Shown here: piece by piece, positions 50,304-63,907 of the stretch | Layout: every line of letters starts with the position of its first letter | Position numbering within the stretch: position 1 is the first letter of the stretch | From: Callorhinchus milii | Lineage: Eukaryota | Direction of reading: 5' to 3' | Length of the DNA stretch: 64,000 nucleotides | NCBI RefSeq assembly: GCF_018977255.1 | Contig: NW_024704742.1 | Location: forward strand, 4,962,001 to 5,026,000 | Position numbers and translations under genes: made by a program | The notes under the pieces: model-generated | Databases searched by the model: none | Told to the model about the DNA's origin: nothing | The model's input: only the letters and a program-made list of their open reading frames with translations

Positions 50304-53114
50304 GCACACTAGACAGAACACAATGCATGCACGCTTTGATTTTGTTAAAGTACTGTTGGTTCATTTGTGGGAATTTGCTAAAGGAGGATTTATCGGACTA
50401 TTCTAATGGATTTAGTCAGATTACAATGATGAAGTGCCAGGCCATTCTGCTTATTGTGACCTACTGACTTCTTTTTCATTTTAAAATAAACAGATTAGCT
50501 GTTTCTGCTAAATCAATGGTACCATCACAAAAGAATAATCCATCAACGCATGCCGACAAAATAAGATGAACAAGCAGATCTGCAATTCAACAAAAAGACT
50601 GATGTGACAACACCGATTTTGCATTTCAGTGTCAATGCCTCTGACTTTAATTATCAGTCAGTCTGTGTTACTGTTTGCTTTCACTACTCAGCAGAAACAA
50701 TATTGTCAATCCAATCGGAAGCCATTAAATTAGTTATGGAAGCCATTATGTCAAATTATGGATCTGCACCAATATTTATATTTAGGAAATTACATATTTT
50801 ACAGAGATTTAAAAGATGACATAGCTACCTTGCTCTAACACATACGACAGCTTGCATTTATATAGCATCCTTCTTATAGGATGAATGTTCTGAAGTGCGT
50901 CACATAGATGCTGGAGTTCATCAAGAATAAGGAAGGAGAATTTAAGGTCATTAAACAAAGTTATGGAGTTCCAGAGAGAGGGAGTATAATGAATATAAGC
51001 TCACCCAATAGGGGGAGAGGAGTAGGCTAGAGTTGGGCAACTAGGCTAGAGAACAGGGTATTAGTAGATAAGTTGGGCAAATATTCAAATACAATTTGAA
51101 TGGCTCCAATGCACAACTTACATTGGTGTCTGAGGTTATAAAATAATCCAAATCTGTAATGAAGCATAACAAAATGGAAATGTACAGTAAGTCTAAGGAG
51201 AAAGTTCACTTAGTGTCTCATGTATGGCTATTCATCATTATTAAATTGGGTGGGTTAGAAGAATCCCTTTAAATAACAATAATTCTTGAATTTGATATAG
51301 CACCTTATCAGACAGCATCTCTGACAATGCAGCACTCGCCCAGCGTTGCACTAAACAACAACAAAAACAACAACAAAATTACATTTGTAAAGCGCCTTTC
51401 ACGTTGGGAGGACGTCCCAAGGTGCTGGACACAGAGCTCCGGACCCGAGCTAAACAAGTCTATGAGCTCAAAGTCCTATCCTAGATACACAGTCAATCCA
51501 CATTACAATATATTCTGTGAAGCTCTTTGAGACGTCTCAACAATATAAGGCGCTATATCAAATGCAAGAATTATTATTGTTAATAATCAGTATTAACATG
51601 GGGCTTGAACCCATAACCTTCTGAGTCAAAAGCAAGATTGTTACCAACTGAGTAGGGCATCTTTCTGGAATAGAAGAGCAAGAAAGTAGAGACATTAAGA
51701 AGGTAAATAATTGTCCCAGGGTTAGGGAATCTAATGTGTGCTGAAGTTATACTGTGTACATGTATGCAAAGTCCATCATGGAAGAAAACAAAGATAGCAG
51801 GACCTGGAGATCCCTGTCCAGGTGTCATGTTACCTATGCACTAATCTCAGGACACATGTTCAGTACGACGCATCTTTAAGAGGGGAAATTCTTAGAAAAG
51901 GGGAATAAAAACAGGTGTTTCACATGGCTAAAAGAGTCTCTAAATTAAGAGCCATTGCTCTCCAATACCAAAAAGAGTTCCTTCTAAATGAGGAAACGGG
52001 TTTAGGTTGGTACCCTGTGATGCTCTTTCTCCCATAGATTAAATGTGAAGATTCACACATGAATAATGACCACTTTGAGTGAGATACAGAAGAAGTAATA
52101 ATAATCCACTTAGTAAGAGTTAAATACATTAATAAAATTGCGTACTTAAAATACGTCTTTTGAATTCTTACTGGTCAATAGCAGCCAACGCAGAACAAAT
52201 TTTCCACACTACAGAATCCCCCTTTACTTACTCATTGTTTTGGCAGAACTAAAAACACGTGGGGAAAAAAATCTTTATCTATACATGCACAGTACATTTG
52301 CATGCAAAGCTATTTTTATATTCTTTCCAGTTACTCTTAGTTAAATCTTCCTACGATGCTAAACTTCCAACAGGCTACACAAGCTGTTGAATAGTAAAAC
52401 AATATAACTTGCACTTATACAGTACTTTTCAAGTAGAATGCCGCAAAGCACTTTCAGAGAGCGTGGGAATCAAAGTTGGGTGGGAAATGGTATAAGGTGG
52501 TTGAAGGCGCAGTAAAAGAGATAGGCTTTTAGAGCAGAAAAGGAGGGAGTGAGGTGGTGGGATTAAGGGACAATATTTCAGAGAACATGGGTAAGGTGGC
52601 TGAAAGCTTGTCGACCGATGGTACAGTGGGGACATGTAACTGGTCAGAGTTAGAGTAGAGGGAGTAGAACCACAGAAGAGAGTACACAGGGTTGAGTAAC
52701 GCATTGAAGGCAAGAACAAGGAACTCAAAGACATCACTAGGGGGTAGGGAACAAATGGAGCAAATGGAGAACAGGAGGCACATGTACTCTATGGATGGGA
52801 CTTGCCAAGGGGGATGTTTGAAAAAGTTGTCCCTTTTTGTGTTGGGAGAACATCTTAAAGAGCTTCATAGGATTTACAGTAAACTAAACCTTGGTGGTTA
52901 TTTTATAGGCAAAGGTGGCAAGAGATTTGTGCACAGTAATGTCCAACAAACGGCCAGGAGGTTTTATCCCATCCAATTTTATCTGGGGGATTGTTGGGCC
53001 AGACACTAGGAGAAACTCCCTTGTCTTTTTGCGCTGAAGGATGTTCCCCCTTTCTGGTGGAATGAACTATGAGCAACAATTAAACAGCTGGGGCTCTTCA
53101 GTCTTGAAAGCAAA

Positions 53115-53432
53115 ACTTCCACTGGCAGGTGGGTCGGTAACCCGAGGACACCGATTTAAAATAGTTGTTAAAAGAAACAGAGGGGAGGTGAGGAGAAATG
53201 TTTTCACACAACGAGTTGTTCGGACCTGGAATCATTGTGGTGAAAGGGTGGTGGAAGCCGATTCGATTACAACTTTTAAGAGAGAAGTAGATAATTATTT
53301 GGGGAGGACAAGTTTGCAGGGCTATGGGGAGAGAACGGGGGAGTGGGATTGATTTGGATAACTCTTTTCAAAGAGCCAGCGCAGACACAATGGGCCGAAT
53401 CGCCTCCCTCTGTGCTGTATAATTCTATGATC
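53115..53432 (+). mobile_element. CR1 LINE 3' fragment
   Basis: TRGHRFKIVVKRNRGEVRRNVFTQRVVRTWN (CR1 ORF2 C-terminus); 3' end GGGCCGAATCGCCTCCCTCTGTGCTGTATAATTCTATGA. Confidence 0.88.
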
Positions 53433-53604
53433 TCAGTGGAGCCCCTATAGAGATAGCTAAGAACAATACTTTAATATGTTCGGAAAGGAACAAGAGGAAA
53501 CAGGTTTACAATTGGATCAGACAGCCTTCAACTGAGCCACTCGTGATCTGCGATCAACTACCTGAGCTGGACAGCAACTCCCATTTGACAACAGTCACAA
53601 TTAT

Positions 53605-53882
53605 TCTCTTTGACCGTGCCTTCAGCTCCCCTCTCGACTCTCTTCCTCCTCCTCGCTCCCTCCCTTCCCTCCCCTCACCCTGACCATTTCCCCCCTCCTC
53701 TCTCCCTCCCTTCCCTCCCCTCACCCTGACCATTTCCCCCCTCCTCTCTCCCTCCCTTCCCTCCCCTCACCCTGACCATTTCCCCCCTGCTCGGGTCATG
53801 ACCCAACTGTGCAGCGCCTTGGGACGTCCTCCTGACGTGAAAGGCGCTCTATAAATGGAATCTTGTTGTTGTTGTTGTTGTT
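53605..53882 (+). mobile_element. L2 3' end with an internal 46-bp tandem triplication
   Basis: TGACCATTT recurs at 53681, 53727 and 53773; family 3' end plus (TTG)n. Confidence 0.88.
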
Positions 53883-54462
53883 AAGACCAATCTCTATCCA
53901 CAACCAAAGCCTACATAGTCTGCCTGGTTCAACACCCACATCATGGAGTCTAATTTGCTGTATTTAACAGATTTCCTTAATTTAACAAAAAAAGGATACA
54001 AAGATGTTTGGATTTCAAACACTCCAGAATGCATATTTCATCAATTTAAGGATTCCGAAGTTTAGGACACATTTCTTATTAGTAAATACTACAAATTATA
54101 CCCCACCAAGGGATGAGCAAGTTGTCCAGAAATACATCTTGGCAAATAAAAGCCGATTTAACTATCTGATGTAAGCTATTTCCAGAACTGCTGAATTGCA
54201 ATGGCTGCACTTACATTAATTTATGCTAATTTACTTTGATGTCTAAACTTACCTACAATGAAAAGCAACAAATATGGTGGTGATTGAAATTCTCCATTCT
54301 GTTAAGTGCAGTGACTTTGAAAGTGGAATCATAATAGAAAAATATTTTGCTGCAAGAGGAACATTATACCCCAGGCATGTAACTTTGCACAATCAATAAT
54401 CAGCTGCTGAATTTTATAGATCTATTAAACCATTGTGCCGTGAATTAAAGCAGCAAATATAC

Positions 54463-54685
54463 CTATTGCTCGCAACAGAAAGTGGTTTACGAACTGAAGC
54501 ATCCTTAGGGGTACCACCTCCAATCGGCGTGTGCACTTTAGCTTCTGAAAGAAATTCCCTTCCCAAGCCGGACTTCGTGACACCTTGCAAGTTTCCTCTG
54601 CCTCGTGAAGCAGGAGTTGACCTCTTGCCTCCTCTTCCAGGCGGATTTACATATTCTGGCTGCCTTAAAGTTGCTTTAGGTTTTC
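54463..54685 (-). CDS. TDRD7: TDRD7 coding exon 3
   Basis: (G)KPKATLRQPEYVNPPGRGGKRS...SVASN(R); GKPKATLRQP is a conserved TDRD7 motif; CAG acceptor, GTATAT donor; 223 nt, phase 1 to 2. Confidence 0.9.
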
Positions 54686-57600
54686 CTGGACAAGCAAGAA
54701 CGAAAGAGTCAGTTATAAAATGAAAATACCCGCAGTTTGTTCAATAATCAAATGGAAATAAAGCATCCGTTATAAAGCCATTAATACACTCAGACCACCA
54801 AAAATGTAGAAACAATTTCTGACTTAATGGAAGAGGATGCATAAAAGGCTCCCAATATTACAATATTACTCCTATTTCAGGAGAATTTCATCATATGAAA
54901 TGTATGATGCAGTGATAATTATATTGAATATTCACCAAACTGTTTTCCGCCCAAATACCAGGTGGAATGGGAGATACTCTTGCAGGTCTGCTCATCCATC
55001 ATCAATGCATACTCCACCTATCAGCAAGTTTACAACTCAATAATGCCCAGCAGAGCCAAATAACTTTACAAAAATTACGTTTGCAATTAATAAATCTTCC
55101 AGATGAAAATTCTCTTGTACAGAAAAAAAATCTTAAGAGCAACATTTTTAGAGGTGTGAAGATTGCTCGAAAAGTGCAGTTCCGATGAATAATATTGAAA
55201 CTAACTGGAGATTGACCACTCCAAATAAATTTTGCTTTGCAAATAAGAATACAACGCCGAGTGTGCTGTTGAAACGTCTGGTTTTGCGTTAAGTGATATT
55301 TTTAATTCTCTCTGCAATCCGTAAAAACAGTAACAGATGGTGAAGTTGTCCCGACTGGGTTGGCCATAATCACTGTCTGATCGTTTCACCAATGCTCAGC
55401 GTTGCATTTATCTTTTGCATTTTTTTTCCCCCCGTGATGTTTCAACTCCTTTAGATCTCGATGCGTTTGTTTGTTGAGGGAATAAAAAAAATAAGCAAAA
55501 ATTTATAGCTTTCCATAGGCCATTTCTCAAAAATGTGAGTTCAGGCATTTTATGAAATAAAAAAAAATGATTCAAGTTACTGATCATTTAATGATGTCTG
55601 AGCCTTGGATTAGTTTGGTAATTAACTAAGAGGGTCCACTTGATGAATACTTTGAATGAAGGCAAAGGCAACCTCAGACAAGTACTTGTGAGGATAGACC
55701 AAATAATCTTAATCTTTGTGGAACACTCATCTCCCCCCCCAAAAAAACTATAGCACAGGTGCAAGATTTTAAGATACTATTTAAAAAAAAGCCCAGCACA
55801 CTGAGAAAACTCAATTCTATATTCCAAAAGTACAAAGAGGTCAAGTATGTCTCCTATTGCCCAAACTGGAAGAAACGTCATGCTTTTCGTATCTTCAAGC
55901 TCCATTACTGATCAGCACAGCTGCAGGGATTCTGTCTACTAGAGCAGGATAATAATAATAATAATCCTTACATTTGATATAGAACCTGATCACGTCTTCG
56001 AGACGTCTCAAAACGCTTCACGTTATATACTGTAAAGTGAATTGACTGTATATTTTGTGGGCAAAATATGCTCTATGTCCATGTGACGGTGTCACAATCA
56101 TAGTGTTAAATACTTTCTTCTGATGTACCAATTTCTAATAGTGATCCTACATCCCGCATAGTAATATAAAACATGCTTCTTTGCGCTTTTGGTCATCTTT
56201 CCCTTCTCCATCCCCCTCAGCCTCAACCCCAACTGGGATGCGCAACCAACATTGGACTGCTTTGAGACTTCTCGACATGAAAGGCGCTGTATAAATGTAA
56301 ATTGTTTTCTATATTAATAGAATCCCGGACACACAGCCTGGACAATGGAAGCCAGTCATCCTTTGAATTGTTTCTTTGAAAGATTTCATCTTTCTTGGCT
56401 CACATATGCATTGCCCTGTAATTCGAGGAAAAGAAGTGGAGGAAAGGAAGAACCCGACACAAAATCAATGTCAGAATAAAATAATTATATCCTGCTCATA
56501 GTTTGTAGAGTTCAACAGATTGGGCTTCTGGGCTTAGGGTCACTTTTGACAAAATCCAAAGTGCGCACTAACTAACTATTGTTAGCTAACCCCCAAAATT
56601 GGGGTTCCAAGCAGAATAATAAATCAGAATCATGTAAACAGTAAATCTCAGCTTTTGGGTGCAAATGACCGCCAACACAGCTTTCCACATTGTCAGCAAC
56701 ATACTGAGCACTAACTACAACCACACTCTGATAGTCAAAATAGAATACAATGTATGACCAAAATAACCTCCTGTAAGAAAAGCCAAAAGGCATAGGCTAT
56801 GTTTTTTTTAATAGCTTCTAAAGGTGGAAGTTTAAACAATATGCCTATTGTCCTTATTATATAACCTTAGACACACAACACAAACAAAGTACTTTGCCAC
56901 AAAGGTTCAGAAACAAAGCAATCGGCAGATTGTACCACACAGCTGACACACAGACTTAATGTTTAACAGGTGCAGTCAAAGGCCAGATTTAATATGAAGT
57001 TTCGGGTGAGTTCATAATTAGACCTTATTCTTTTAAAGTCTCAACTTCCACAAAGTGAAGCTTGCATTTTACATTAATGACGCAAAGCGTTAAGAGTGGA
57101 TAGCAATATCTTGGGACAGATGAACACTGACCACTAGAAACAAAATGACAGAATGGGAGCAGAAAGAAAGCTACTTTCCTACCTGCTTCAGGAAACATTT
57201 GTCGAAATAATCTTAATGGAACACTCCTCCACCCCCCCACCCCCCAAAAAAAACTATAGCAAAGGTGCAAGATTTTAAAGACACTATTTGGGACAGATCT
57301 TCCACACACTCTCTCATGTCCTCATATCCCCTTTTCAGCACCTGTAATGTTATGAGCCGTTGCCAGCACAGATAATAAAGGACTTATTTTCAATTTCAAA
57401 GAAATCCTACCTAGAGTTTTGTCTTAAACATTTAAGATGAGGCAGGACTTGCGATATAACAGAGCCAGAAGCTGGTTTAATTTAATTTCTCAATCCACAA
57501 CTGTTTATGGGACACTGCTGTGAGCAATTGGTTGTCTCATTTCGCCCACAAAAATACAGCTAAATCACTTTACACTGTGAAGTGCCTTGAGATGTCTCGA

Positions 57601-57844
57601 AGACGTGATCATGTGCTATATCAAATGCAAGGATTATTATTATTATTATTAAAGTGCAAATTGCCTTTGAATAGGGGCTCCAGCCTTGCCTAACTATCCA
57701 TCAGCAGAGCGGAGCAAATCAAGATATCCTGAGAAGTAGGTGACCTGTCTACTATATAAATTGTGCAGTGTATACAGTTTACTTTTCAAGAGCAAGGTAT
57801 CACTAGGTCACGTGCAAGATTGGTGTTCAACAATGTTGTGTGCA

Positions 57845-58172
57845 ATAATAAAAATAATAATAATAATCCTTGCATTTGGTATAGCGCTTTTCACGTCGGG
57901 AGGACGTCCCAAAGCGCTTCACAGAACACATTGTAAAGTGAATTGACTGTATATTTGTGGGCGAACGCGGCAGCCAATTGCGCACAGCAATGTCCCACAA
58001 ACAGTCGTAGATTGAAAATGACCAATTTATTATTGTTTTGGGTTTTGGAGGATTATTATTAGGCTCTGTGTGGAGTAAGGAAACTTGCCCGAGGTTTCGC
58101 CCTCTGCCTGGAATTGAACTCAGGTCTCTCGCTTGCAAAGCGAGTGCTCTAACCACTGAGCTACAGGACTCC
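57845..58172 (-). mobile_element. Full-length tRNA-SINE copy
   Basis: Head at 58172, body, tail and (ATT)n. Confidence 0.88.
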
Positions 58173-58619
58173 ACGGCAATGGAATTATACCCTATGCCCA
58201 ATCTGCCCCCCCCACTGAAGTTAACCAAACACTTTGTCCCAAGTTGCAATCTTCCACCTTATACACTAGAACCGGACTAATGGGGGGGGCGGGGGAAGAG
58301 AGAGAGAGAGATCCGCACTTGCGTGCCTGAATTTTTGGCCAAATGTAATTACAATGCATTTATTATTAGTAGTGTTATTATTACTTATCAGCTTTTTTCA
58401 GTGCCAATAAAGCTGGCAAAGGCAATGTGATTGTTTGAATCCTGTAAGCAGAAGAAGCTAATGATTGTGCCTTCTTCCACTCCCTTTAATGCAGGAGCCT
58501 TTAGTGTGGGTATATTAAACACACTCACTGAATGGATCGCAGGTTGCATGATTATTTTTTTAAAAATACACACAAGGCCTCAAACTGAAAAGAGGAAGAT
58601 TCATTAAACGCTGACTTAC

Positions 58620-58767
58620 CCACTTGGGTGGCTGGTGTAACTCGTTTTAGTCTCAACTGGGAATTCACCAACATTTGTCCGTTGTGTCTTTTCTTCGGGC
58701 TTCTCTGACGGGCCACGAGTTTAGCGATGTGTGCAATCTCATTGCTTACAGCAGCAAAGCAAATTGT
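58620..58767 (-). CDS. TDRD7: TDRD7 coding exon 2
   Basis: Hand translation TICFAAVSNEIAHIAKLVARQRSPKKRHNGQMLVNSQLRLKRVTPATQV; TAG acceptor, GTAAGT donor; 148 nt, phase 0 to 1. Confidence 0.93.
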
Positions 58768-58909
58768 CTAAAGATAAAGAAACCAAAAGTAGATTTGAAG
58801 CAGTGGAACTTTGTGAAAAAAAAAGCGTTGTTATATTGGTGATTTGCCCGAGAACGTCAAATAAAACCAACTCATTTGCAAATGACCAATTCTTGTACTG
58901 CATAAACTA

Positions 58910-59310
58910 ATAATAATCCCTACATTCGGATAGCGCTACCTTTCACATCAGGAGGCCATCTTAAAAGTTATTCACAGAAGTACTGTAAACTGGAGTGCAC
59001 ATTTTAGGGGTGAGTGCAGAAGCCAATTTCGCACACAGCAATGTCCCCACAAATTGCCTTGAAGTGAATGACCAGTTTTATTGATGGCTTGGTGGCCAGG
59101 ACACCAGAAGAAACTCTTTCATCTTTGCGAATTTCATGGTTTTTGTGGTTCACCAGCGTAAGGAGACAGAACCTCAGTTTTAAAGCTTTCATTCTGAAGG
59201 ACTGCGACATGGGAGTGTCGGCCAAAGCTACCAGTTCCAAGTCCCAATGTGGGGCTTGAACCAATAACTTTCTGACACAGAAGCAAGTATCCTACTAACT
59301 GAGCTTTACA
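58910..59310 (-). mobile_element. Deu-domain-type SINE, degraded
   Basis: TGGCCAGGACACC...CTCAGTTTTAA...GGGGCTTGAACC...CTAACTGAGC. Confidence 0.55.
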
Positions 59311-59805
59311 GGCTAACATTAATCCTCCTTCCCTGCCCCTCTCTCCTGAAGTAAGGGAGAAAATACACGACACATGTCCCTCAGAAAAAGCAAGAGGAAG
59401 TAATATCCTTTGGGAAGGCCATAATAATTTTATTTAATTAATTAATTAATCACTAGTGATATTAATAAATAAGTTTATCAAACTGAAACGCATTTCACTG
59501 GCTTTCCTCTGCTCTTCAGAAGATACCACTTGCTGGAGGGTGCAGTTCAAGTGACACCAGCAGCCCATCACAAAAAAGGCAGTTGAACAAATAGCAGCTG
59601 GATTCTGTCCTCGGACTTTTATTGCAGGTCATTTGATGCGGTTAAATAAAAAAAACAAGGAGACAGAGAAAGGAGAGTTTTAAAAAATGGCCCCATGCCA
59701 CGTGGGTGAAAGGAGGCAGTCATACTTTAGAAAAAGAGGGAGAAAATTGGAAGGAAAAAAAAAGGTTCCAAGAAAGAGTCATTCATCATTCATATATGCT
59801 ATTAC

Positions 59806-60015
59806 CTCTCCATTTTTAACTCCAAACTTCACAACTGAAGGCATACTTTTTAGGTAGCTCTCAAGTGTTGGAAATCCGAGTTGTTTGTGAGAAATCAGTT
59901 CACCCGTGAGCTGCTTATATTCTGTTTGCAGTCGTGTGAGGGCAACACCATCTTTGCTTGACTGTAAGACTGCTCGTAACATCTTAGCCACCAGGTCCTT
60001 TTCCGCTTCCGACAT
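59806..60015 (-). CDS. TDRD7: TDRD7 first coding exon (N-terminal LOTUS/OST-HTH domain 1)
   Basis: MSEAEKDLVAKMLRAVLQSSKDGVALTRLQTEYKQLTGELISHKQLGFPTLESYLKSMPSVV matches the vertebrate TDRD7 N-terminus; AG acceptor just upstream of the ATG, donor GTAATA at 59805; 210 nt, phase 0. Confidence 0.96.
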
Positions 60016-62199
60016 CTTGAAGCTTTAAAGCAACAAAAAGGGTGGCTTAATAGTTCAGAAACCAAAATACAGGGGAGCCTAGTTATAAATGTAGCCCTCT
60101 TGCCCAAAAACTTAAGCAAAGCACACACACAAAAAAAAGGACTTCCTTCGCAGAGGGAAATTAACAGTCCTTCCTGTGGACATACACAGCCCGAGTGGCA
60201 TCCAGGACACCACCTGCACATACAGAAAGTGACTCTGGTGGCATCGTGACAACTATTTTCTGACACAGGAAGTCAGCACCAGATGTAACACAGGACCCAA
60301 GTACTCCAAGTAAGGCAGAGCTGAACTCGGGGGTAGGAGGCTTCTAAAGGGATTTTCCCCATATTGCATTAAAACAAAACGGTGCTGATGATTTGGCAGG
60401 CCACCGAGATTTCCATGAACGGAATCTCCTGCGTACACTATTAGAAATATTTTGGAAACCGTAACACCAGTAAAATTACTCGAACAGATCCATTTCCACC
60501 CCCAAACTGCGTGGGAATGGCAGTCAGAAACCTGCAATCTAACGTTATTCTTAGGCGTACAGAGCGGTAATGAAACATGTTGCTGGGTCGTGTTTGTTCA
60601 ACTACTACACGGGTTTGAATGGTGATGTTTCCGGAAACCGATGAATTTGCAGAGCTACTTAAGAAACTCGATGAAAAGTCTTGTTGAGAATGACATGGGT
60701 TGCCTGCGACGGGTTAGTGAGCAAGTGCACAACCCGCTTGGCGACTGAGTACAAACCAAAAGGTTCTCAAGTTAAATACCTGGTCTGTCTTGAGATCCCA
60801 ATGCTTATTATTTAATGACTTTTGCTAAGATATGTGCACATGGAATAATCAAGCGTGAACAGGATCTAGCCTGCACGCCACTCCAGACTCCCGCGGAACG
60901 TTTAAGAGCGATATTATTTGCAAAGAGAATTTTCAGAGAGTTTCAAGTTATGAGGAAGTGAAACATTGGGGGTTTATAATAGTGCAGCTTCTGTTGGAAG
61001 AAACAGCCTTGATGTATTAAACAGTCTGTTTTTCTTCCTACTCTCTTGAAATAGCTACGTATAGCTACTGTTCCTCTAAAGTTTGTAGATAATGGTTAGC
61101 TCTTCCATTGGCAACCAGAAAAGCAGTTTACCAGATGTGGTGATTTGTGAGATCTCCTCTGGTGCCACAGGCAAAGCCGAGGTACTGCCTACTGAAATAA
61201 ATGCCTTGCCTCCAAAATAGCATAAAGTAAATCAGTCTGGTGAGAAATAAACTAAATATAGCTCATATGATAAATTAAATCATAAGCAGTTATCATCTGG
61301 TCACGCTCCAAGTAAGATGCAAAGTGCCTTAAGACATTCCCCAGACATGAAAGGTACCACATAAACATAAGTCGTTAGAAATGCAGCTCCTTGAATGGAG
61401 TCCCGGAAAAAATAATTTCTAAACCTAAACCTTCTCAAACTCTTCTATGGCTATTTCAAGAAAGTAGGGAAAAATGCCGTTCAATCTATTATTAATAATA
61501 ATAATAATCCTTGCATTTTAATATAGCACCTGATCACGTCATTGAGACTTTTCAAAGCGCTTCACAGAATATACTGTAAAGTGAATTGACTGGATATTTT
61601 GTGGGCGAAAAAAGGCTGTTTCATCAAACAAACTCTGCACATTCGTTCAAGAAGCTTCGAAGTTTTAAAACGTAAGCTAGAAATATTTTTTCATCCTATT
61701 TCCTCTTCTCACTCATCATGTGTTGAAGTAATAATCCTTGCGACTGATATAGCACCTGTCACGTCGACATATCAAAGCGCTTTACAGACATGACTGTAAA
61801 GTGAAGTGACCGTATTTTGTAGACAGCAGACAGTGACTCACACTTAAAGACAGTACTGTCATTTCCGGCAACTGTGGTACCTCACCCAAGAGGCTACTTT
61901 AATGTGCAATTCTGGCAAGTGATAATCAGCTGGCTTTTCAACAGCGAAAGGTGACCTGACTTAACCTAATCCTGTTTCTACACACAAACCATGTTTGAAT
62001 CCCTGTTGGTTTTCTTCTGGTGGGGGAAGAGAGGATGACATGGGTAAACCATTCGTTGGACTGAGGAGACATAGAGTACCTGGCAAAACCAATCAAGTCT
62101 GTAGTAATGCAAGGCAACCTTGGGGGGGTGGGGTGGGTGGGGGGGGGGGGGGGGGGGGGGAGTCCTCGCAAGCAACACGCACGCAATCTCGCACGCACC

Positions 62200-62430
62200 A
62201 ACATGCATTTATACATCATCCGGGATAGCGTCCAAGAGCGCTTTACGGTGGCACGGTTTGAAGCAGGACTGGGTAGAAACAGTCGAAGAGAAAAGTCTTC
62301 AGGTGCGATCTGAAGGTGGGCCAAGAGGGGCGAGGTGGAGGGATTGACGCATTGAGTTCCAGAGGTTCAGGACATAGTGGCTGAAAGCATGGCTGCAGAT
62401 GGTGAAGCAGTGTGGTTGAGGGACTCGCAA
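62200..62430 (-). mobile_element. L2 LINE 3' fragment
   Basis: FRSHLKTFLFD motif; family 3' end. Confidence 0.75.
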
Positions 62431-63907
62431 AACTTCCAAACACATTTCCTGAATCCTGCAAGTCAACGCCCTAATGGGCTCATAAAAGAACTAGCTGAAC
62501 CGGAGCAGCTTCCAATTTTTATAGGGCCAAGATACTGTGAGATTTGGCCGCTTTCTCTAACCCAGGAAACCTAGGCTTAGAGACTCGAAAATCGCCAATT
62601 GCCCAAGCACCAGCCTCGCTGAGATTTGGTAACTCAGCACAGACCATTCATCAGATCTAGGAACTTCCTGCGCCTGAAAGAATCACAGAAATACAGCGCA
62701 TTTGTTTAGCATTCAGCTTAGAATAACTGCTATAAAGGCAATACAATACAATTTACATTTATGAAGCACCGTTCACGACAAGAGGACTGGATCTCTAACA
62801 CGCAAATACTTCTCATCACTCCAAATTTTGCAGAATCCTACAGATGCCCTGCAAATTAATTAAACTTGCAATGGTCATGTGAATTATTAATTCTACATTG
62901 AGAAAATGGTTACAATCACTGTCCAGGCTAAAAAAGCCACCAAAATAAAGAAAGCATATCCTAAAAATCAACTGTATCTTGTGGGCGGATAAACACGATT
63001 GATTTCGAACCGTGGATCTCATTTCAAGGTTTGAATGAGATTAAAATTTGCTTTGCGTTTCACTCGATTGAAGAAACCAAAGTGTACTACATATCTCCAT
63101 CAGAATTCTGCCCTGCAATCCTCCTCCTTTTTTAAAAAAAACACTCTGCGGGGAACCAGTTAATCGTTTGTGGTAATCCACCTGCTCCCAATTTGTGTTC
63201 AAGGTTTTTAAAATTAAATTATTTTGATTTTGTGCCAATTCAAAATGTCATCATACTAATCTCTTCACAGCGTCTCATTAATCCCATGCTAGGATGTTAG
63301 CAAAAAAAAAGGGGCAGTGCCGTCTTTTGTGAATAGAATTAAAGCAATTTTGCATGCGTAGAACACGAGCGGTTTACAGGGAATAAATAACATATGGCCA
63401 TTATATCTCACTTGCATCTACACCACCCCAAATCCCTGTGGCTGACCTTCAGCAGGCTGCTTCCTCTTATCTATCAGTGTCTGACACCAATCTTATCAAT
63501 CTGAGCCCCTCAGCTAAAACTACTGCTTTGCAATCGTTCCCCGGTAACCATTATTCTGTATAAATCATGCGATAGAACTACAAACTAATTCCTTTATACT
63601 CGCCTGTGAATCACATAGCGTGCAATAATGACCTCACAATACTCTGTCTTCAAGCTGACATCAGGATAGCTTCACATTACTGAGACTATATCATGAAAAT
63701 TTAACTATCAGTAAAATTCTAGGAAAAAAAGAATTTATTACGAGTGCAACATCATCACACTGTGTAATGCGAACAAAACGCTGTTAGAATCTAAAGGTAT
63801 CTTTCAAAGCATCCCGATCGAACTAAGTCTGATAGTTTAGAAAGCGTTTGATAATGATGAGTAATGGATTAGGGAACTGAGCTGAAAAAGTGTGTTTAAA
63901 TACTCAC

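Noticed and set aside
62120..62160. Long G runs (G-quadruplex potential)
   Set aside because: Poly-G/C runs are frequent throughout the window, with no specific functional context
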